DNA from: Octopus vulgaris
Taxonomy: Eukaryota
Length of the DNA: 64,000 nt
NCBI GenBank assembly: GCA_951406725.2
Contig: OX597817.1
Coordinates: forward strand, 129,518,001 to 129,582,000
Direction: 5' to 3'
Below are positions 56,152-64,000 of this stretch, piece after piece. A model generated the notes under the pieces. The model was given only the letters and a program-made list of their open reading frames with translations. It did no database searches and was not told the origin of the DNA. A program made the position numbers and the translations under genes. Each line of letters begins with the position of its first letter. Position 1 is the stretch's first letter.

Positions 56152-56631
56152 GTAGTTGATTTGATATATATCTTCTACTGGTTTCAGTTATTGGTCAATG
56201 ACCATGCTGGGGTACCACAATTAAGGGTTTAATCGTAAAAATTCCAACCCATCCCGTCCCGCCTCCTATTTTAAAATCTGCTAAGTAGGGAACGTAAACA
56301 CTCCAACACCAGTTGCCAAGCGGTGGTAGAGGATGAACACAGACTCGCATGCATACAAACAAACACACACACACGCAAACACACATACGACAGGCAGTCA
56401 AATCGATTTATAAGGGGTTAAGTGACCTTTATAGTAAAAACACTTGCACAACTGCAACGTACTTGAGCGGAGCCCGGAACCAAGCGGTGGGGGAAGTAAA
56501 CTAATCACACAGCCGCTATTACTGCACATTATTTTTATTATGGTTTTATAATTAGAAGTGTCTGATATTTCTTGGCAAAGCCACGGATACAGCTGCTTCT
56601 GAGAAAGCTTCAAACATTTGAACTAATCTCT

Positions 56632-56700
<69 letters not shown>

Positions 56701-56898
56701 CGTATTAAATCGAATTTCACAATATAAATATATAATATATATAAATTACAGAAAAACCTCTATTATGCAATTCAAACAATAATAGATATAAACCAAATCA
56801 TAAATAAAAAATAAAATTTATTTTAAAACAAATACTAGATCACAAAAAGTACAAAAATAAATAAACAATATATAATAAGGAGAAAGACTACGTACGAT

Positions 56899-57433
56899 TC
56901 ATGGTTATAATTTAAATTCGAGTTACAATTAAATTTAAATTTAATCGAAAACCAATTCAATTTAAAAGTATAGTCACTCCTCAGGTCAATAATAATAACA
57001 ATAATAGTTAAATAAATAATCAAATAGAATTAAACACTATTTCTTAAAGAAATAAAATCATGATTGTTCTTATAGAAGAAACTTCATTTACTAAATTTGA
57101 AACTTAAGCAGTAGGACCAGGTGCCTGTAATACATTTATCATGTTAAAAACCTAAGGTAAAAAAATAGAGTAAATAGATAGAAAAATGTATTTATCTGTG
57201 AAGATATAATTTAACTTTAAGAATAAACATTAACAAACTATAGATTATAAGTTTCTTCCATAAGAACAATCATGATTATATTTCTTTAAGAAATATTTTC
57301 TAATTTTATTTGATTATTTATTTAACTATTATTGTTATTATTATTGACCTGAGAAGTGACTATACTTTTAAATTAAATTGTTCATCGATTAAATTTAAAT
57401 TTAATTGTAATTCGAATTTAAATTATAGCCATG
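56899..57433. repeat. Inverted repeat, ~185-bp arms (PLE-end-like)
   Basis: atcatgattgttcttat..aagaaactt vs aagtttctt..ataagaacaatcatgat; each arm has a hammerhead remnant. Confidence 0.88.
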
Positions 57434-59041
57434 AAACACGGCGGACAAAATGCTTAGCAGCATCATTTCGTCTGTCTTAACGTTCTTATTTCAAATTCCG
57501 CCGAGGTTGACATTTCCTTTCATTCCTTCAGTTGAGTGCTGGAAGTAGCCTCTTCCTTGAAAATTTCAGGAAATATACCTATAATAGAAAGGATAATTTT
57601 AATCAATATTTAGGTAACGAGCTGACAGAACCCTTAGTACGCCAGAGAAAATACTTGCCGGCATTTCGTCCGTCTTTACGTTCTAAGTTCAATTTCCACC
57701 GATACTGACTTTGCCTTTCATTCTTTCAGGATCGATAAAATAAGTATTGAGATCGATGAAATTGACTTTCTCCCTTCCCCTCTAAACTACTAGCCATGTA
57801 CCAAAATATGTAGCCTTTTGTCAATATTCTAACAGTTACTACTGACTATTTCTACAGTATATGCGACATAAAATAATGATGTCTTATATGGTAGTACCGG
57901 CTAATGCAGTCCCTTCCCTGGTTTTGAAATTTAAGAATCTACTCCGTTCTACTAGTTATCAATATCTCCTAAAACTTAAAGTCTTTTATACAGTCTGTTA
58001 TCTTTGTTGATTGCTCATGTTTTCACTTGTCGACTAGCAAACTAGTGGATATAAAAAGTGGAATTACTTAATTAACGACAGAATTTTTTTTTTAAATTGA
58101 GTTAATTTTAGTGTAATATGTAGAGAGTTATTTGGATAATAAATATGCAAAACAGTTTCAAACAAAACGTCTTATATTGGACAAGGAAAATATATACTAG
58201 TCATGTCCAGGATCAAGACCGATAATTAATTTTTTTCGAATTCGGAAGAATGAAAAGTGAAGCTGACCTTGACAAAGTTTGAAATCAGAACGTAAAGAGT
58301 CAGAAAATACCAGAAAGCAGATTAACCGACATTCTAAAGATTGGGCCAATCTATCGCCCTTACTAGGATGCATTATCTAACTTTTCCTAAGGCAGCGTGC
58401 TGACAGAAATGCTCGCACGCCGGGCGAAACGTTCTGAATTCAAATTCCGCCGAGGCCAATTTTGCTTTTCGTCCTTTCGGGATCGATAAATTAAGTACCA
58501 GTTGCGTACTGGAGTCGCTCTAATCGACTGGCCCCCTCCCTCCAAAAAATTTCGGGCCTAGAGTAGAAAAGAAAAGAATTTTTATTAATGGACTCAAGTG
58601 ATGAACTGACACAAACGTTAGACATCGGGCGAAATGCTTAGCGGTATTTCGTCTGTCTTGACGTTCTGAGTTCAAATTCCGCTGAAGTCGACTTTGCCTT
58701 TTATCCTTTCGGGGTCGATAAATTAAGTACCAGTTGCGAACTGGGGGTCGATCTAATCGACTGGCTCTCTCCCCCAAAATTTCGGTCCTTGTGCCTTTAG
58801 AGAAAAGATTATCTTATAACTTTCCTTGTCGATTTAGTTGACTGTTCCTTCTCTGTCGATATATTTAGCCATTGTACCTGTGCTAGAAATTATTTGAGCG
58901 TCAAACAAAATTCTGGCATCGAATGCCCTTACATAAGTCTAAATATCAGGCCTTAAAGTTTGAATTCATTACTACTGTATTGTCCAAAGAATACTAATTT
59001 TGTTCATGATGTTTCTTTTCATATATGGTATGCTAAATTAG

Positions 59042-59068
59042 AAAGTGAATCCATAAGTGACAAAGACG
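59042..59068 (+). CDS. Micro-exon 21 (27 nt); ESESISDKD
   Basis: gtgagt donor; acceptor ctaaattag has a weak pyrimidine tract; frame and phase fit. Confidence 0.55.
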
Positions 59069-59209
59069 GTGAGTTTTTTATGCATTTTCTTTGTTTATAT
59101 AACTAAAATGAAAGAAGTATTACAAGTTTAATGGAGAACATGTTTTTCATAATTATACAGGATTCGAGTCAACGAGTATTTCTTCAAAGGTGCACCATCT
59201 AAAGTGCAC

Positions 59210-61285
59210 CATTGGTGGGGTTTTTTTAACCAATGGTGTTACATCAATAGTTTTTTATCGGCAGTATTCTATCAATAGCATTAAATCTCAATGATGTCTA
59301 TCAGGCACAGATAGACTTTTCCGAAAAGCGGGATTCATAAGACATACTTCATTATTAGGCGGGCCGCATGAAACATGACTCATTATTAGGCAGATCGCAC
59401 TACTAAATTAATTCAAAGTAACTTTTTGTTCGGCGTACCATTCAGAAAATTCGGCGGGTCGCATGTTTCTAATGACTGGCGTATATCGATGGTCCTATAT
59501 CAATGATATTACATCGAATCGCCCCTTGTGGGTAATAAAAAATCAGATATTACATCGATGACGTAACATTGATGACGTTGAGAGTATTTCATCGACAGTG
59601 TTATATCAAAAGTTTCAAGGTCAGTGATATTGTGTCGATGATGTTACACATCAGTGGTGTTCCATCAATAATGTTACACCAAGAGTGTTACATAAATAAT
59701 GTTCTGTTAGTGATATTACATTAACAGTGTTGCGTTACATTAAGGATATAGCGTCAATACTGTTACCACATTTATCTTATATCAGTTGTATTCTGTGAAT
59801 GATATTCCATCAAGGGGTTACATCAGTTGTGTTACTTCAATCCTGTTCCATAAATGGCGGTCTATTAATGGTGTCATATATAACAATGACGCTACATCTT
59901 TGTTATTATATCGACTGCGTTCCATCAACAGGGTTACCACGGTTGTGTTACATTAGTTATGTTCCTCGGTAGAGTTAAATCAATGTTGTTAGGCCTTAAG
60001 TACCACATCTGTGGTGTTACATCAATAGTGTTGCATCACTGGTATTATATCAGTGATGTTAGGTAAGTTGAATTACATCGGTAGTGTTACATATGTAGTG
60101 TTACATCAGGTGTTTATACCAGTAATATTACACCGGCATTGTCACTTCAGTGGTTTTACGTTATTACTGTTACATCATTGATGATACATCGGTGATGTTA
60201 CATCGATGGTGTAACATCCGTAGTATTGCATCAGTGGTATTAGATAAGTGGTGTTGCATCTTCGGTGTCACAGCGATACTGTCACATTAGTGGTGTTATA
60301 TTAGTAGGGTTACGTTGATAGAGCTACAACAATGGTGTCAGTAGTGTTACATCAGGTGTTACATTATTGTTACATCCCCCGTGTTATTTATTGCAGCAGT
60401 GATATATTACTGGTATAAACACCTGATGTAGCACTACATATGCAGCACAACCGATGTAATTCAACTTACCTAACATCACCGATGTAACACCAGTGATGCA
60501 ACACTATTGATGTAACACCACAAATGTGGTACGTAAAGCCTAACAACATTGATTTAACTCTACCGAGGAACATAACTAATGTATCACAACCGTGGTAACC
60601 CTGTTGATGGAATGCAGCCGATATAATAGTAAATATGTAGTGTCATTGTTATACATGACACCATTAATAGACCGCCATTTATGGAACAGGATTGAAGTAA
60701 CACAACTGATGTAACCCCTTGATGGAATATCATTCACAGAATGATATACAACTGATATAAGATAATTGTGGTAACAGTATTGACGCTATATCCTTAATGT
60801 AACGCAACACTGTTAATGTAATATCACTAACAGAACATTATTTATGTAACATTATTAATGGAACACCACTGATGTGTAATACTATCTACACGATATCACT
60901 GACCTTGAAACGTTTGATATAACACTGTCGATGAAATACTCTCAATCTAACGTCATCAATGTTACGTCATCGATGTAATATCATTGATATAGGACCATCG
61001 ATATACACCAGTCATTGGCAACATGCGACCCGCCGAATGATACATCAGTGGAATTACATCAGTGCTGTTACATCAATAGTGTTACATCAATAGTGTTACA
61101 TCAGTATTGTTGCATGCATAATTTTACAGTTGTGTTATATAGTTGGTTTTTATTTACATCATTAATGTTATTTCGGTCGTGTTACGTCAGTAGTATTACA
61201 TCAGTAACGCTACATCAGTAATGTGAATTCGGTGTTATTTACATCAGCAATGCTACACCGCTGGTATTACCTTTACAGTGTTTCT
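59210..61285. repeat. Degenerate ~15-bp minisatellite (gtgttacatcagtag-like)
   Basis: Recurrent tgttacatca motif; orientation flips in the right arm of the inverted repeat. Confidence 0.8.
59450..61037. repeat. Long inverted repeat, arms ~59450-60130 and ~60402-61037
   Basis: Arms are reverse complements, e.g. ttcggcgggtcgcatgtt vs aacatgcgacccgccgaa and aggtaagttgaattacatcgg vs ccgatgtaattcaacttacct. Confidence 0.92.
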
Positions 61286-61361
61286 ATTATTATAAAATAT
61301 GGAACAGTTACAACATTCCTCTTAATAACAATAACATGTTTCTATTATTTTTCTATTGCAG

Positions 61362-61412
61362 AAAATGCTTACAAAAACGCAATGCTGTTGAATTTTATCC
61401 TGGAGGTTTCTG
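61362..61412 (+). CDS. Micro-exon 22 (51 nt); ENAYKNAMLLNFILEVS
   Basis: ttatttttctattgcag acceptor, gtaggc donor gives an in-frame phase 1-1 exon; donor choice less certain. Confidence 0.62.
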
Positions 61413-61469
61413 GTAGGCTTTTCCTCTTACAAATATTGCATATTCTACTCCTAGTCATATACATTTATA

Positions 61470-61581
61470 CGTATGTATGTCTGCCTGTCTGTCTGTCTGT
61501 GTGTATGCATGTATGTATGTATGTATGTATGTATGTATGTATGTATGTATGTATGTATGTATGTATGTATGTACAACGTAC

Positions 61582-61612
<31 letters not shown>

Positions 61613-61636
61613 TGTATGTATGTATGCACAACGTAC

Positions 61637-61671
<35 letters not shown>

Positions 61672-62290
61672 TGTATGTATGTATGTATGTATGTATGCAT
61701 GTATGTATGTCATTATTCAGTTTATTTCAAGATTTCTTGTCAGTAGAGAAAGAACCGGTTTCTAATCTAGATCCAAGGTTCCTTCACTGAAATTTCTACA
61801 TCAACAACAGGGAGGGTCTGTATGTATGTATGTATGTATGTATGTATGTATGTATGTATGTATGTATGCATGTATGTATGTATGTATGTATGTATGCATG
61901 TATGTATGTACAGATTTGTATGTTTTATGTATGTATTCTCATGCATATATTTACATATCTATATATATGAGCATGTGTTATATATATAATGATAAACTTC
62001 AGGAATGCTTTACAGATTTTTACAGTTCCAGTGATGGAATCGATCTTTAGTCTTCGAATTAGCTTTCTCCTTTCTGGTTTTGAGAAGCTTAATTTCTCAA
62101 GATTGGTGTTTAGGCAGTATGTTACATATCCCAGGGCCCCAATAATTACAGATATAAACCTGAGTTTGTAATCTGGATAGAGTAACTGCAGATTTCTCAG
62201 CATAGGTGTTCTTTTTTTCACTATGTATGTATGTATGTATGTATGTATGTATGTATGTATGTATGTATGTATGTATGTATGTATGTATGT
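61470..62290. repeat. (TATG)n microsatellite cluster
   Basis: Three tracts directly visible. Confidence 0.9.
61985..62221 (-). mobile_element. C-terminal fragment of an R4/R2-like element
   Basis: LYPDYKLRFISVIIGALG...GTVKICKAFL resembles the end of the restriction-like endonuclease domain. Confidence 0.7.
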
Positions 62291-62484
62291 GTTAACACAC
62301 CTACATGATCAGATGAAGATGTGAATATGTTCTACAACCACGAAACTTTACCTTTTGTGGTGCTGAGCGAAACAGTTATCCATGGACCTTCAAGCAATGC
62401 GTTCAGGGCTACTTTCTTTAATTTATTCATTCACTGTATATGTGTACACAGATGCGTGTGGTTGTATGTATATATATATATATA

Positions 62485-63035
62485 GCAGGGTGTTCGGACA
62501 AATTTTGACGATATTTTGTCTCCTTTTTCATGAACAATTTCATGTTTGCTGAACAGTCAACGGCGTTGATGAGAATAAAGATTAAAGTTTATAGTAGACA
62601 GTTAGCTGACATGGCAGACTGGAAGCCATTTGGATATTGGAAACGAATTACCTGTACTATGATCATTTGCCCTGGGTATCAAAATGCCGACATTGTGACT
62701 GATACTCAATGTTCTGTGAACACTGTAAAGGCTGTAAGACGTGAGACATGGATATCATGAAAATTGAAACTGGGATGGGTTTTTTTAGTGTGTATCCAGT
62801 GAAGGTGACGTCATGTCGCCACGTATTTTAGCAATGCCTTACACTCAATTAAGACGGTGATGTAAAGCTGCTGAAGACTGGCCAAATCCTGGTTGGAGAA
62901 GTTTGCTGCTGAAAAGCTATATGCGTGGTAACACGATTCGGGTATTTGCCCTATCTACGAGAAGAGTCAGAAGTGGATGTCGGAGAATTTCTACGATTGC
63001 ACAGGCCCCAGTTTCTGGCTCGTAATTCCTCCGAT
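62485..63035 (+). mobile_element. Tc1/mariner-superfamily (maT-like) fragment
   Basis: ta..cagggtgttcggac start; WLEKFAAEKLYAW..DS..KSQKWMSENF..FW remnants. Confidence 0.55.
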
Positions 63036-63937
63036 TAGTAGAATTCCCTCGAGCTGGCAGAATCGTTCACTACCGCCCCGCACAAAATGCTTATTGGCAT
63101 TTCTTCTGACTTTATGCTTTGAGTTCAAATACCGCATGGGTCGACTTTACCTTTCATCCTTTCAGTGTTAATAAAATAAAATAAGTACTGTTTAACATTG
63201 GGTCCATGTAATCGACTCAACCGTTCTTCCTAAATTACTGGTCTTATGCCAAAATATGAAATCATTATTTGGAATACTTAAATCGGCGAGTTGTCAAAAT
63301 CGTCATTGCACCAGACAAAATGCTTAGCGGCGTTTCTTCTGACTTTACGCTTTGAGTTCAAATGCTATTGGGTTTCACTTTGCCTTTCATCTTTTCGGGG
63401 TTGTTAAAATAACTACCCATTGAGCACTGAGGTCGATGTAATCAGTTTACCTTCTCACTTGAAATTACTGGCTTTGTATCAAAATTTAAAACCAATATTT
63501 GAAATATTTTGTAATACGTAGAAGAAAATTCATTGAAAGTTTCCTATTACCCAACCTACTTCAATACTGTCTTTGAAGTCAGCACTGCAAGATCACACAC
63601 CACTCGTTGATTACTCAGTAACTATGGTTCTCATAGTGAAGGTACATGATCTCGTGGTTATGGTGTTGTGTTCACGATCATAAGATCGTAGGTTAGGTTT
63701 GATTCCTAGACCGAGCGGTGCGTTGTATCCTTTATCAGGGCACATCATTTCAAGTTACTCAGCTGAAAAGGAATATCAAGTGACTCCTAATGCAGAACTC
63801 ACTCCTTTCTAACTGTCACATCTTCTAAATAAATAACTTCCGAAAACTTATATGGCCGAAAGTAATAAAATAAGCAAATAACATTAATTTTATTAGCGAT
63901 GTAACGGTGACCTTCGAGTATAACGTTTTCCTTTCAG

Positions 63938-64000
63938 TTTTACGAATGAATAGTATTAACAAATCTTTACGTAATGTTACGCAGCTTGAGCATAAATTTA
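63938..64000 (+). CDS. Probable exon 23, open to the window end; VLRMNSINKSLRNVTQLEHKF
   Basis: gttttcctttcag acceptor, phase-1 frame open to the end with two N-x-S/T sequons; could alternatively end at 63970 (gtaatg, 33 nt). Confidence 0.55.

Overview
AT-rich animal genomic DNA packed with (TA)n, (CA)n, (TAGA)n, (TATG)n and (ATT)n microsatellites, tRNA-derived SINEs, mariner/Tc1 relics, R4/R2-like non-LTR fragments and Penelope-like elements (PLEs). This repeat landscape suggests an octopus-like coleoid cephalopod (inference). Nearly all supplied ORFs are microsatellite noise or transposon debris. Hidden between them, on the + strand across the whole window, is the middle of one large gene built almost entirely of micro-exons. 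I read 22 complete AG/GT-bounded exons (21 of 27-51 nt, one of 150 nt) plus a 23rd that runs off the window end. Every complete exon is a multiple of 3, phase 1-1, stop-free, and ends in A or G, so any skipping combination stays in frame without a stop. They join into about 334 aa (plus ~21 aa) of Cys-free, Thr/Ser/Ala/Asn/Asp/Glu-rich, N-sequon-rich, mucin-stalk-like protein. The locus shows exon birth (5 recent tandem copies of a 42-nt exon cassette, plus older duplicates) and exon death (pseudo-exons with mutated splice sites). The introns also contain several PLE-type hammerhead ribozyme motifs and long inverted repeats. No start or stop codon of the gene lies in the window. All coordinates were read by eye; transposon boundaries are approximate.
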